Below are positions 53,405 to 64,000 of a stretch of DNA of 64,000 nt, piece by piece. The stretch is from NCBI GenBank assembly GCA_963665115.1, contig OY762007.1:1408001-1472000 (forward strand), written 5' to 3'. Below the pieces are notes generated by a model. That model was not told the origin of the DNA. It worked only from the letters and a program-made list of their open reading frames with translations, and did not search any database. How positions within the stretch are numbered: the stretch's first letter is position 1; each line of letters starts with the position of its first letter. Both the position numbers and the translations under genes were made by a program. Source of the DNA: an uncultured Rivularia sp. (GTDB lineage Bacteria > Cyanobacteriota > Cyanobacteriia > Cyanobacteriales > Nostocaceae).

Positions 53405-53594
53405 AGAAGATGTTTTAAAAGTATTCGGCGGTTAAAACCGCTACTACATAGGCTAAGTCCACCTCCGTGGACTAATTGTTTTTAACCCACGTTCACCGAG
53501 TGTGCCCTAAAAGGGCATAGTAAGGCTCAGCGTGCCCGGAGGGTATATTAAATTGCCAGATGAATTATTAAATTACACTTTTAAAACATTCTCT
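53405..53594. mobile_element. MITE-like element with ~18-bp imperfect TIRs carrying REP-like palindromes
   Basis: AGAAGATGTTTTAAAAGT ... ACTTTTAAAACATTCTCT; internal hairpins gcggttaaaaccgc, agtccacctccgtggact. Confidence 0.5.
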
Positions 53595-53833
53595 AAAGAG
53601 TATCGCTTACCGACAGAATTATTATTTACTTATTAAGTAAGTCATCTGGCTGCAAACTTACTAGTACGAGGTAAATAGAGCAACCATCTGAAATAGATGA
53701 AAGCTTTATAATATAAGTCTTTTTATTTTTGCCTTTTTACAACCAAATTGTGAATAATAATTCGATATTAATCAACTAATAAATCATATTTTTATTGATG
53801 TCCATTCTCATATAATGACAATAAAATAAATCC

Positions 53834-55336
53834 ATGAAAACTGACGTAAAAAGCCAAAATTATTCATCATTAAAATCCCATAAAAACTATAGCCACAAAA
53901 ATAAAAATCGTTTTCTATTCTGGCTATTGGGGTGTGCTTTTTTGGGTGGAACATTCTATGCAGTACAACATTTTGTGGTTGCGAATATTCCTCGAACCCA
54001 AAGTAAATTATTGACTGCTCCAGTCAGAAAGCAAAATCTAAACATTACGGTGTCGGCTAACGGCACTATTCAACCAGAGCGCACGGTGAATTTAAGTCCA
54101 AAAAATGCTGGTATTTTAAAAGAGTTATTAGTAAACGAAGGTGATTTAGTCAAGCAAGGGCAAATTATTGCTTATATGGATGATTTAAACCTACAAGGTG
54201 AACTGATTCAGTCAAAAGCAAAATTAGCTTCAGCAGAGGCGAATTTACAAAAATTGAAATCGGGAAATCGTCCTGAAGATATTATTCAAGCACAAGCACA
54301 ATTAGAAGAAAGCCAAGCAAATCTGACCAAATTAATTGCAGGGAATCGTCGTGAAGAAATCACTCAAGCCGAAGCGCGTTTAAAACAAGCAGACTTAGCT
54401 TTTAAGCAAGCAAAGGAGGAATTTCAGCGCTACGAACGATTATTTAAAGTTGGCGCAATATCCCGCCAAAATTTCAGCGATTATCAAACAAAGCGGGATA
54501 CAAGTATGTTGCAATTACAAGAATCTCAACAAGCTTTAGCATTAAAAAAATCGGGTACGCGAAGGGAAGATATTCAACAAGCACAAGCAAGAGTTAAACA
54601 GTTACAACAAGCTTTCAAATTAAGTCAAGTGGGAGCGCGAAAAGAAGATATTGCACAAGCACGAGCTGAAGTTAACTCTGCACAAGGTTCTTTAAAGACT
54701 ATTCAAGCCAGAATTGATGATACAGTAATCCGCGCACCATTTAATGGCTTGATAGCAAAAATATACGCGGAGCCTGGTTCTTTTGTCACACCAACAACTT
54801 CTGGAAGTGTTGTTTCTTCAGCGCTTTCATCTTCGATTTTATCATTAACATCAAAAAATCAAGTAGTGGCTAATGTCGCTGAATCGAGTATCTCAAAAAT
54901 TAAGATTGGTCAAAAAGTTAAAATCTTGGTAGATGCTTATCCAGAAAAAGTTTTTGAGGGGAAAGTATCGCAAATTGCAGCGAAGGCAACTATTGAGCAA
55001 AATGTGACTAGTTTTGAAGTCAAAATAGCGATTGTTTCTGAGGAAGAACAATTATTAAAATCTGGAATGAATGTAAGTGCGGAATTTCAAGTTGGTCAAT
55101 TAGAAAATACTTTGGTTGTCCCGACTGTTGCTATTATACGTCAACAAAATCAAAGCGGTGTATATATTGTTGACGCAGATAATAAACCACAATTTATCCC
55201 AGTGAAAACTGGCGTTACTGTTAAAAGTAAAACTCAGATACTTTCTGGAATAACTTCTGATAAACAAGTTTTAATTAGTTCTCCACCAGGAATGAAAACT
55301 AATTCACCACAAGGTATTTTTCCTCCTGCTCCATAA
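53834..55336 (+). CDS. MacA/HlyD-family periplasmic adaptor
   Basis: N-terminal TM, lipoyl halves (LVNEGDLVKQGQII; IRAPFNGLI), long coiled coil, LKSGMNV. Confidence 0.92.
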   Translation: MKTDVKSQNYSSLKSHKNYSHKNKNRFLFWLLGCAFLGGTFYAVQHFVVANIPRTQSKLLTAPVRKQNLNITVSANGTIQPERTVNLSPKNAGILKELLVNEGDLVKQGQIIAYMDDLNLQGELIQSKAKLASAEANLQKLKSGNRPEDIIQAQAQLEESQANLTKLIAGNRREEITQAEARLKQADLAFKQAKEEFQRYERLFKVGAISRQNFSDYQTKRDTSMLQLQESQQALALKKSGTRREDIQQAQARVKQLQQAFKLSQVGARKEDIAQARAEVNSAQGSLKTIQARIDDTVIRAPFNGLIAKIYAEPGSFVTPTTSGSVVSSALSSSILSLTSKNQVVANVAESSISKIKIGQKVKILVDAYPEKVFEGKVSQIAAKATIEQNVTSFEVKIAIVSEEEQLLKSGMNVSAEFQVGQLENTLVVPTVAIIRQQNQSGVYIVDADNKPQFIPVKTGVTVKSKTQILSGITSDKQVLISSPPGMKTNSPQGIFPPAP

Positions 55337-55427
55337 AATGTACGGAAATAATTACCTAAATAATTCAATAGTTAAGAGCAGAAATAAAATTGCGAACATC
55401 AAATATATAAATTTAGGAAGATAGTAA

Positions 55428-56693
55428 ATGGCTTTTAATTCAAAAAAACCCCAAGTTTCGATTTATTATGTAGATATTTTTTCAATGGCAGTAGAAGTGC
55501 TGTGGAGTAATAAATTACGCACGGGGCTAACTATGTTAGGGATGATTATTGGTATTTCTTCTGTTATTGGTATTACTTCTATAGGACAAGGTGTGCAGAA
55601 AGCAACGGAAGAAGAAATTAAGTCATTAGGCACAAATGTATTACAGATATTCCCCGGTGACGCAGCTAGAGGAAATGTGAGTCAAGGATTGGGTTCGACA
55701 AGTACTTTAACTTGGGAAGATGCGAAGGAAATTGCTGCACAAGCGCCATCAGCAGAAGTTGTTTCTGCTTATTTACAACATCAAGGACAAGTGGTTTATG
55801 AAGAAAAAAACACTTCTACAACTATTTATGGTGCAGATTTAAATTATTCCGAAGCTAGAAATACTTATCCACAAATAGGAAGATATTTTAATCAAGAAGA
55901 ATTGAATGCTAGTAAGCAGGTAGCGGTGTTAGCTCCTACTGTTAAGCGTAATCTATTTGGGAATAAAAATGACGTTGTTGGTAAAACAATTAGGATTCAG
56001 GGTGAAGCTTATGAAGTGATTGGAATTATGGAAGCAAAGGGTTCCCAAGGTCCTATAGATAGAGATGATGGAGTATATATTCCACTCACAACTATGTCAG
56101 CACGAATTGTGGGTAACAATGCTTTATCTGGTATTTCAGTTAATACTATTTTTGTCAAATCGAGGAATCAAGAACAGCTTCTTGCTGCTCAATTTCAAAT
56201 TCAAAATTTGTTACGGATTCGTCATAATATCTACCCACCTCAAGGTGATGATTTCCGAATAACAAATCAAGCTGATATTATCAAAACTTTTACAAATATA
56301 GTTGGTTTATTGACTGTTATGGTGGTTGCAATCGCCGGAATCTCTTTGGTGGTTGGTGGGATTGGAATTGCCAACATTATGTTAGTGTCGGTGGTGGAAA
56401 GAACGCGGGAAATTGGGATTCGTAAAGCTGTTGGAGCAAAGAATTCTGCGATTTTAAATCAATTCTTGGCTGAGGCGATTATTATTTCTAGTTTGGGAGG
56501 TGTAATTGGCATGGGAGGAGGTATTTTAATTGCCTTTGGTGCGGCAACTGTTTTTAATATTCCTTTGGTTATTTCGGTTTATTCAATTGCTGTTGGTTCT
56601 GGACTTTCCTTTAGTGTTGGTTTATTAGCTGGAGTAATCCCCGCACGTAATGCTGCTAAGTTAGACCCAATAACGGCTTTGCGTAGCGATTAA
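55428..56693 (+). CDS. MacB/FtsX-family ABC permease
   Basis: NKLRTGLTMLGMIIG, VGGIGIANIMLVSVVERTREIGIRKAVGA, PARNAAKLDPITALR. Confidence 0.95.
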   Translation: MAFNSKKPQVSIYYVDIFSMAVEVLWSNKLRTGLTMLGMIIGISSVIGITSIGQGVQKATEEEIKSLGTNVLQIFPGDAARGNVSQGLGSTSTLTWEDAKEIAAQAPSAEVVSAYLQHQGQVVYEEKNTSTTIYGADLNYSEARNTYPQIGRYFNQEELNASKQVAVLAPTVKRNLFGNKNDVVGKTIRIQGEAYEVIGIMEAKGSQGPIDRDDGVYIPLTTMSARIVGNNALSGISVNTIFVKSRNQEQLLAAQFQIQNLLRIRHNIYPPQGDDFRITNQADIIKTFTNIVGLLTVMVVAIAGISLVVGGIGIANIMLVSVVERTREIGIRKAVGAKNSAILNQFLAEAIIISSLGGVIGMGGGILIAFGAATVFNIPLVISVYSIAVGSGLSFSVGLLAGVIPARNAAKLDPITALRSD

Positions 56694-56933
56694 AAATACC
56701 CGCAGCCTAGAAGGCTAGGGCTAATATTACAAAGCCCACCTGCGTGGGCTAAATTCAGCGCATTATTATAAAGTATGTTAACTACACTTTTACATTTAAT
56801 TTTTGATAATAACTGAAAATAGTCTAACGTATCATCAATGTAATCATAATTTACGACAAATATTGATATTGAATTTACCGATTTACTTAAACATATTTAC
56901 TCAAAGTTTGTAATCTTTTTTTTTGCAAAAATT

Positions 56934-57593
56934 ATGATTTATCTAGAATCTATTTCAAAAAACTATCGTTTAGGAGAAGTGGAGATTGCTGTACTCAAAG
57001 GCATTAACTTGTCTATAAAAGAAGGGGAATATATCGCTATCATGGGTGCATCTGGTTCTGGCAAATCTACTTTAATGAATATTCTTGGTTGCTTGGATCG
57101 TCCAACAGCGGGAGAATATATTTTTGAAGATAGAAATTTAAGTAGTTTTGATGATGATGAGTTAGCATATATCCGCAATCAACGGATAGGTTTTATATTT
57201 CAACAATTTAATTTATTACCCCGCTCAACTGCAATAGAAAATGTGATGTTGCCAATGATTTATGCTAATGTTCCGCAGCAAAAACGCCGCGAATATGCAG
57301 AACAAGCATTAGTAAAAGTCGGATTGGCAGAACGCATATTTAACCGTCCAAATCAACTCTCTGGGGGACAACAGCAAAGAGTGGCGATCGCACGAGCATT
57401 AGTTAATCAACCAGCTTTAGTTTTAGCGGATGAACCCACGGGTGCATTAGATAGTCAAACATCCCAAGAAGTAATGGATTTGCTATCAGAATTAAATCAA
57501 CAGGGAATCACAATTGCTATCGTAACTCACGAACAAGAGATTGCCGCTCAAACAAAGCGAATTATTAAAGTTCAAGATGGTTTGATTATCTAA
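56934..57593 (+). CDS. MacB/LolD-family ABC ATP-binding protein
   Basis: GASGSGKST, LSGGQQQRVAIARAL, LADEPTGALD. Confidence 0.95.
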   Translation: MIYLESISKNYRLGEVEIAVLKGINLSIKEGEYIAIMGASGSGKSTLMNILGCLDRPTAGEYIFEDRNLSSFDDDELAYIRNQRIGFIFQQFNLLPRSTAIENVMLPMIYANVPQQKRREYAEQALVKVGLAERIFNRPNQLSGGQQQRVAIARALVNQPALVLADEPTGALDSQTSQEVMDLLSELNQQGITIAIVTHEQEIAAQTKRIIKVQDGLII

Positions 57594-57623
57594 AATTAAT
57601 GTATTGAATCACCGAAAATCTTG

Positions 57624-57650
57624 TAGAGACGTAGCAGTGCTACGTCTCTA
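57624..57650. repeat. REP-like palindrome between convergent genes
   Basis: TAGAGACGTAGCAGTGCTACGTCTCTA, same core as 29724-29748. Confidence 0.8.
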
Positions 57651-57664
57651 ATAGTGTGAAAGCA

Positions 57665-59480
57665 TCACTTCATATTATGATTTACCAAGGTCATATCAGT
57701 CTTAATATTATTTGCCAATTGTAGGGAATAGAGATTTGCATATACTCTGTTTTGACTGATTAATTCTCTATGGGTACCCTCTTCGACAATTTGTCCTTGC
57801 TGAATAACTAGTATCCTATCTACACTGGTGACAGTAGATAACCGATGAGCAATAATAAAGCTGGTACGTCCTTTGAGCAAATTCGCTATAGCTTGTTGAA
57901 CTAACTGCTCTGTTTGGCTGTCGATGTTACTCGTTGCTTCGTCTAAAATCAAGATTCGCGGGTTTACCAAAACTGCACGGGCTATACTGATTAACTGTTG
58001 TTGTCCTTTACTCAGATTTATTCCACGTTCTCCTAATTGAGTATCGTAACCTTGGGGTAAGGTCAAGATAAAGTCATGAATATTTGCAATCTTTGCAGCC
58101 ATTTCAATTTCTGTTGCTGTTGCTTGGGGATTTCCGAAAGCAATATTTTCGGCAATGCTACAGCTAAAAATCACGGTTTCTTGGGAGACTATACCAATTT
58201 GACGACGTAAACTTGCTTGAGTGACTTTTCTAATATCTATTCCATCAATTTTGATTGCACCATCTGTAACATCATAGAAGCGAGAAAGTAAACTGATTAT
58301 GGTCGTTTTCCCTGCACCTGTTGCTCCAACTAATGCAATTGATTGTCCCTGGTTGAGCATGAAAGTTCACTTTATCTATAACTTTTTGACTGGGTTTATA
58401 CTCGAAAGACACTTGCTCGAACTCTACTTTACCCTGAATTGATGGCATTGTAATTGCATCTGTAGCATCTTGAAGTTTGACTGGTTGATCTAAAAGTAAA
58501 AAAATTCTTTCTAATCCGGCTAATGCAGATTGTGCTTGAGTATAGAAGTGGCTGATAATTTGGATGGGTTGAAAAAATTGCTGCACGTAAATTACAAATG
58601 CGGTGACTGCTCCTACTGTCATGACATTTGTGTAAGCTAGAAATCCTCCACAGGCTAATACAATAGCAAGAGCAAGTGTATTTAGAAAATCGATTGTTGG
58701 TAAAAAAGCAGAAGTAATTGCTGTAGCTTGAATATTCGCATTGCGGTTATTTGCGTTAAGTTGACGAAATTCTTGAAAGCTCAGTTGTATGCGGTTAAAT
58801 CCTTGAACTTCCTGAATATTGCTAATATCTTCTTCCACTTTGCTAGAAAGTTGAGAAATTGTTTGTCTGGTGACTCGAAATTTTTCCCTAGCTAAACGTG
58901 CAAAAAATGCTGTTGCTAATAACATTATAGGTATCATTAAGTTTGTGAATAAACCTAATTTTAAGTTGATGGAAAGCATAACTATTGCGCTTGTCAATAA
59001 GCCAAAAAAGCTGCCAATAACTTGTGGTAATATAGGGCTGAGTAACTGATTTAATGTATTGATATCGCTCAGTAATCGACTCATTAAATCACCAGCTTTA
59101 CTGTTATCGAAAAAGCTGAGAGGTAATGCTTGTAATTTGTTCATAATATCTTGCCGTAATTGAGCGAGTATACGCTGCATGATTACACCAACACGAGCAA
59201 TCAAAATACGACTACATATAAATCCAATTAAATACAATATTGCCAGCAGCAATAACATCCAAGCGAGTCCAGATAAGTTGTTTTTAATAACTAAGTTATC
59301 TATTGACCAACCAAAAATAAAAGGTGGAATTGCTTGGGTAATAGAGCTAACAAGAATTAAACCAAAAATTAACGGAATCTCTTTCAAATATGGATGGAAG
59401 TATTTAGCAAAACGATGGATAACAGGTAATGATTGATTTACCTTAGAAGTCGATTTAACAAAAATGTGAGATTTATTCAT
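57665..59480 (-). CDS. ABC exporter half-transporter (TMD+NBD), frameshift at ~58347-58349
   Basis: ORFs 58272..59480 and 57665..58360 join as HAQPGQSIALVGATGAGKT; LILDEATS; signature LSKGQQQ. Confidence 0.9.
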
Positions 59481-59640
59481 GAGTTAAAATATCCTATGAA
59501 CACGTTTACTTATCACTACATTAAAACTCTCTAATTACCAATTCTTCTCTAACTCTTTCCTCTGCGGTTTTTTAAATTAATAATCTTCTCCTAAAAGGAA
59601 GCAAAATATCTGTTAAATGAGAAGTATTTATTTCCCTCGA

Positions 59641-61362
59641 TTAAAAACCTGAATATTGCATTGCGGTGAGTTTATCTTTTACAACTAATTCCCCTTCATC
59701 AATAATAAATATTTTGTCGGCTTGACTAATTGTATTGTTGATACGTTGGGTGAGATAAATTAAGGTATATTCACGCTGTTGCTTGAGAATATTTAAAGAG
59801 TTCTGAATTAATGCTCCTGTCTTGGCATCAACCGCAGACAAACTATCATCTACAATCAATATTTTATAGTCGTTTAGTAAAACACGAGCGATAGCAATTC
59901 TTTGTCTTTGTCCCCCCGATAAACCAATTCCTCTTTCTCCAATCACAGTATCGTAACCATCCGATTGGGTAATAATAAAATCGTGGATTTGAGCAAATTT
60001 AGCTGCTTCAATTACTTTTGATAAAGGAGCATCTGGCATTCCATAAGCGATATTTTCACGGATAGTTCCAGAAAATAAATTAGCGTCTTGAGAAATAAAA
60101 CCGATGTGAGAGCGTAAATCAATTAAATTTAAACAGCGAACGTCATACCCATCAATCCTTACCGTTCCATTGGTTGCATCGTAAAAGCGTGGTATCAATT
60201 TAGCAATTGTACTTTTACCTGCTCCCGTCATACCTAGAATTGCGACTGTTTCTCCTGGCTGAATTTCAAATGAAATATTTTTGAGAGTATTTTCTTGCAC
60301 TTCAGAATAGCAAAAATTAACATTCTCAAAAGAAATTTTACCTTTACATCTATTCAAACTAATTGCATTTGTAGATTCTTTAATTTCAACCACAGTATCT
60401 ATTACTTGATAAACCCTAGTGACTGATGCTGCGGCTTGAGCAACCGATGAAAAAGCTAAACTAATTTGAAGAATTGGTTGAACCATGAATAATAGATATG
60501 AATTAAATGCAATCAATTTACCAATCGAAAATTCACTGCGAATTACTTCAAAACCTCCAAATCCAAAAATCGCCACTCCCAGCAAATTAGTTAATAAAAA
60601 GATGACAGGAAAAGTATCTCTAAGGACATAAATTGTTTTGATGCTTGTGGAAAGGAATTCCTGGTTGAACGCAGCATAACGTTTTATTTCTGTTTCTTCC
60701 CGTACAAAAGCTTTGATTGCACGCACTCCCAGTAAATTTTCTTTTAAAACTGTATTTAGCTCATCTAATTGTATCTGCACCTTATTAAATAATGGAGCAT
60801 TTTTATGAAAAAAACCGCCCAGCAATATCAATGACATTGGTATAACTAACAATGCTATTAAAGCTAACTTCCAATTCATTAATAGTAAGATGATTGCGCT
60901 GCTCAATAACATAATCGCAGCACCGAAAATTTGTAATAGTGTTGTAGCAATGAAAATGCGAATTTGTTCGATATCATTACTAATACGGGTAAGTAATTGG
61001 GATGTAGAGGTACGTTCTTGATAAGCTAAATCGAGATTTTGAGTTTTGTGAAAAAACTGATTTCTCAAGTCATAAGCAACACCTTGAGATACCGTCTCAC
61101 TCAAAAAACTTTGACCAAAATTGAATAATCCCCTTACTAAAGCCAGTAAAAGCATTAATCCCCCACAAGTCAGAATCACTCGTAAGTCATTTTCTTTTAT
61201 ACCCGCATCAATACCCCAGCCAATCAGTTGAGGAGTCAAAATATTCGCAACACTCAGCATTAACAAACTGGCGATCGCACCGAATACCATTCTGGGGTAT
61301 TTCTGCAACATTGCTACAACTCGTTTGAGTGATTCGATTGGTATATCTGGTTTCTGTTTCAT
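59641..61362 (-). CDS. ABC exporter half-transporter, degenerate-site partner of a heterodimer
   Basis: GMTGAGKST, LSGGQRQR, Walker B ILIVDD (Asp for Glu), H-switch replaced by Gln (LTQR). Confidence 0.92.
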   Translation of the reverse strand: MKQKPDIPIESLKRVVAMLQKYPRMVFGAIASLLMLSVANILTPQLIGWGIDAGIKENDLRVILTCGGLMLLLALVRGLFNFGQSFLSETVSQGVAYDLRNQFFHKTQNLDLAYQERTSTSQLLTRISNDIEQIRIFIATTLLQIFGAAIMLLSSAIILLLMNWKLALIALLVIPMSLILLGGFFHKNAPLFNKVQIQLDELNTVLKENLLGVRAIKAFVREETEIKRYAAFNQEFLSTSIKTIYVLRDTFPVIFLLTNLLGVAIFGFGGFEVIRSEFSIGKLIAFNSYLLFMVQPILQISLAFSSVAQAAASVTRVYQVIDTVVEIKESTNAISLNRCKGKISFENVNFCYSEVQENTLKNISFEIQPGETVAILGMTGAGKSTIAKLIPRFYDATNGTVRIDGYDVRCLNLIDLRSHIGFISQDANLFSGTIRENIAYGMPDAPLSKVIEAAKFAQIHDFIITQSDGYDTVIGERGIGLSGGQRQRIAIARVLLNDYKILIVDDSLSAVDAKTGALIQNSLNILKQQREYTLIYLTQRINNTISQADKIFIIDEGELVVKDKLTAMQYSGF

Positions 61363-61472
61363 AATTTCTCCTGACTATAGTTTAAGTTGACTAACTAAAT
61401 CGCATTACAATTTTTAATTACCAAGCCAACTTCTTACACTTAAAAACCCGGTTTCTTTTGGTGAAAGCATTA

Positions 61473-62663
61473 TTATCTCGTTTTCAAATCAGCAAGAAAC
61501 CGGGTTTCTTTGGCTTGTTGAGAATGGTGTAAGATATCAGATAAACCAACTTTTTCTTTGTGGATTGATGTTTGACTTATTTTGTTAGATGCTTGCTTTA
61601 CTTCATTCGCAGTTAATAGCGCAGTCAGTGCATCGATAACATAGTTGCTTTCCGCAAAACTATCGGTAGCTTCTTCTTTAAAAAAGCGTTGCACCTTTTG
61701 CAATTCGGAAACTAAAGAATCTCTATCTCCTTGGATTACCAACTGTGCTAAGCGGTTATTAGTGTTTGCAAATCTAGCAATCGCGTTTCGTCTTTCTTCT
61801 GTTGTTAGGATGATATCGACAATCATTGGTGCAGACTGAGCAATTAAACGGCTAATAATGCCAATTTCTTGTCTATAAACGGGAGTAGAAAAATCTAAGC
61901 TTCTATCTATTTTGACAGCTTCTTCTGATAAAAAAGTACCTAAACTCAAGGTTGTAAAGTGGCGAATTGCTTGAACGATTACCATTATCTGGTCGTGTTC
62001 TTCCGATGTTGAAAAAATTAATTTACCACCTTCATTTTTAATCAAATCTAAAAACCATTGGAAACTTTCTTGCATCCGACCCGGACATACGATAATTTTT
62101 TGAGATAAGAAGGATTCAACCCCAGGAGCAAACATTGGATGTAAGCCAATTACAGCCCCGCTATGATGGGAAAGCATAGCTTGCAAAACCGGAGATTTAA
62201 TACTAGTTATATCGGCTAAAGCTGTTGTGGGAGAAAGATATTGAGAGGCTTTTTTAATTACTTCTAAAGTACAATCAATGGGAACGCAAATTAAAACTAA
62301 ATCTACTTGACTGAGTAAATATTCAGCTTTATCCCAATCGTCATTATCTAGGATATTAACATCATGTCCGGCAGTAAGTAATTGTTGAGAAAAAAAGCGT
62401 CCCATTGCGCCTTTTCCACCAATTACAGTTACCCGTCGCGGTTTTGTTAGGCTTAAAGTTGCTTTTTTACGAGCAAGAGCAGCGGTACAACCTACAACTA
62501 TATTTTGCCAAATTAAATTAGGAACACCAGCCTGTTGAAGCATTATTTGATAATTATGTAATGTTGTTTCTAAATCAAAGGTAGATGATTCATTTAAAGC
62601 CGCGATTCTTTTACCTAATAGCTGAATTATTTCTCGGTCAATTTGTCTAAGTTCTTGTTGCAT
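61473..62663 (-). CDS. tyrA: Bifunctional-type chorismate mutase/prephenate dehydrogenase (CM part shortened)
   Basis: LRQIDREIIQLLGKR, VIGGKGAMG, DITSIK, GLHPMFAP, EHDQIMVIVQAIRHF. Confidence 0.88.
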   Translation of the reverse strand: MQQELRQIDREIIQLLGKRIAALNESSTFDLETTLHNYQIMLQQAGVPNLIWQNIVVGCTAALARKKATLSLTKPRRVTVIGGKGAMGRFFSQQLLTAGHDVNILDNDDWDKAEYLLSQVDLVLICVPIDCTLEVIKKASQYLSPTTALADITSIKSPVLQAMLSHHSGAVIGLHPMFAPGVESFLSQKIIVCPGRMQESFQWFLDLIKNEGGKLIFSTSEEHDQIMVIVQAIRHFTTLSLGTFLSEEAVKIDRSLDFSTPVYRQEIGIISRLIAQSAPMIVDIILTTEERRNAIARFANTNNRLAQLVIQGDRDSLVSELQKVQRFFKEEATDSFAESNYVIDALTALLTANEVKQASNKISQTSIHKEKVGLSDILHHSQQAKETRFLADLKTR

Positions 62664-62901
62664 TTTATCAATTACCTAGTGATATTTATTATGAGTTATT
62701 CGCTAGCAGAAGATTTATAACAATAAACCGCAGAGAGCGCAGCGAAAAGTATGGTCTTGGGGGTTTCCCCCATGAAAAACTTTTCAAGACAGAGGAAGAA
62801 GTTTAAGAGAGATGGCTGTAAAAATCTTTTTTCTCTCCCCCTCTTCCTCCTCTCAATAAAATTCGTTAATCTTCTATTACTACAAAAGTAATTATTGACG
62901 T

Positions 62902-63498
62902 TTAAGAAACATCTTCAATTTCAGTTTGGACGGTTTCTTCAAATTTTACGGGTCCCATAGTAATAGGAAAGTTCCAGTAGGGATGAACGGATATTAACGC
63001 TTGATTTGGAACGTTTTTTGGTTGAGCTACGGAGTTGTTAAAGGTATTCTGTGGATATCGAAAACGAACTGATAATGCATATTTTGATTTGCGAGCAACT
63101 TTTGGTACAAAAAGAATAAACTCATCATCTTGGGGAGAGTCTGAAGAAAGATTGGGAGAAGCTTTGACTAATTCCGGACGGAGTAAACTTACAATAGTTC
63201 GAGCTTCATCATGAGTTGTTCTTTCAGGACTTTGGAAACCATGTTCGGAAATTTCATCTTCAATATTGAGGTTATATTCTGGAACGGAAGCATAATATTC
63301 ACTCAACATATCGGGACGAATTGGCGCTCCTCCTTTAATTGAATCATCAAAGATAAAATAGCCATTTACTTTATCACCGTTGAAATTAAATTTGTGTAGA
63401 GCAGCGTGGGCTGGGAGGTTAATCATAATTCCCTGAATCAAAAAGATTGCGACACCTAAAAATAATACAAATGTGATTTTTTGCCAGATTTTCATCAT
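62902..63498 (-). CDS. Secreted hypothetical protein
   Basis: Signal peptide ending PAHA-A; paralogous to the adjacent ORF. Confidence 0.75.
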   Translation of the reverse strand: MMKIWQKITFVLFLGVAIFLIQGIMINLPAHAALHKFNFNGDKVNGYFIFDDSIKGGAPIRPDMLSEYYASVPEYNLNIEDEISEHGFQSPERTTHDEARTIVSLLRPELVKASPNLSSDSPQDDEFILFVPKVARKSKYALSVRFRYPQNTFNNSVAQPKNVPNQALISVHPYWNFPITMGPVKFEETVQTEIEDVS

Positions 63499-63594
63499 TC
63501 TTTCTCCTATTAGTTAAAAATTAGATTCGTATCAATTATTGATAATCAAAGATACTTAGAGGGGAATTATTAATCTTGAATTCCCCTGAAATAA

Positions 63595-64000
63595 TTAATC
63601 GGAAATCTTTTCAATCTTAGTTTTCACTTGTCCCTTAAATAATGCTTTACCCAATGTTCTGGGGAAGTTTACTTTGGGAAATATTTCAACTTCAGCAGTA
63701 CTTGGAAAACTAGTTGGTAACTCAGTTGAACCATGAAACGTTTCTACTGGATACTTAAAATAACTTACCAAGGAATATTTCGACTTTGGCTGTCTTTCAA
63801 AACTGCGTACTTGTAATAGGAAAAGGTCCTTTGGTTCAAAATCTTGACGCTTCTCTTCTTTTCCGTATGCTTTATCGTGTTCTGCTTTGATTTTTGCTAG
63901 GGTTTTATCTTCTTTACGTGCTAACATCACTACCGCATTACTAACTGTTCCGTCGAAAACTCCTTTTTCACCTAAATCAATTTTGTAATCCCTTCCTCCA
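63595..64000 (-). CDS. Hypothetical protein (partial, starts beyond window), paralog of 62902..63498
   Basis: KSKYSL...FKYPVETFHGS..LP...NFPRTLG..FKGQVKTKIE aligns with KSKYAL...FRYPQNTFNNS..QP...NFPITMG..FEETVQTEIE. Confidence 0.75.
   Translation of the reverse strand, partial: GGRDYKIDLGEKGVFDGTVSNAVVMLARKEDKTLAKIKAEHDKAYGKEEKRQDFEPKDLFLLQVRSFERQPKSKYSLVSYFKYPVETFHGSTELPTSFPSTAEVEIFPKVNFPRTLGKALFKGQVKTKIEKISD

Noticed and set aside
62676..62701. Possible extra copy of the shared promoter motif upstream of tyrA
   Set aside because: Mismatches in both boxes and only ~13 bp from the start codon.
62902..64000. Assignment of the paralogs as scytonemin Scy proteins
   Set aside because: No recognisable Scy motif; only tyrA proximity suggests it.

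Overview
AT-rich DNA from a filamentous cyanobacterium, most likely Nostocales (many HIP1 GCGATCGC sites, heptameric STRR runs, CHAT/TPR, kinase-FGE and DUF1517 genes). Left to right: (1) CHAT/TPR and DedA-family genes. (2) A complete 2.4-kb group II intron (3484-5883, minus) inserted 3 nt from the end of a small IS200/IS605-type right-end (omegaRNA-like) remnant. (3) A Ser/Thr kinase, a segment flanked by ~100-bp inverted repeats, and DUF1517. (4) A Wzx/Wzy exopolysaccharide cluster (11.0-23.4 kb). (5) A minus-strand bisindole/indolocarbazole-type biosynthetic region (23.4-39.1 kb). It encodes a StaD/RebD/VioB-family synthase, a StaP-like P450, two paralogous P450s with an altered I-helix, a methyltransferase, a StyC-like membrane protein and an MFS exporter. 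Several of its genes share an upstream GCATAA-N16-18-CTAT motif. (6) A type III-D CRISPR-Cas locus without cas1/cas2, bracketed by two convergent arrays with homologous leaders and carrying an uncharacterised TM + Rossmann-like gene. (7) Two-partner-secretion relics, MITEs, two ABC export systems, a T-protein-type tyrA and two paralogous unknown proteins. Seven genes are split at homopolymer indels that look like assembly errors. All family calls come from recalled motifs; no database search was run.
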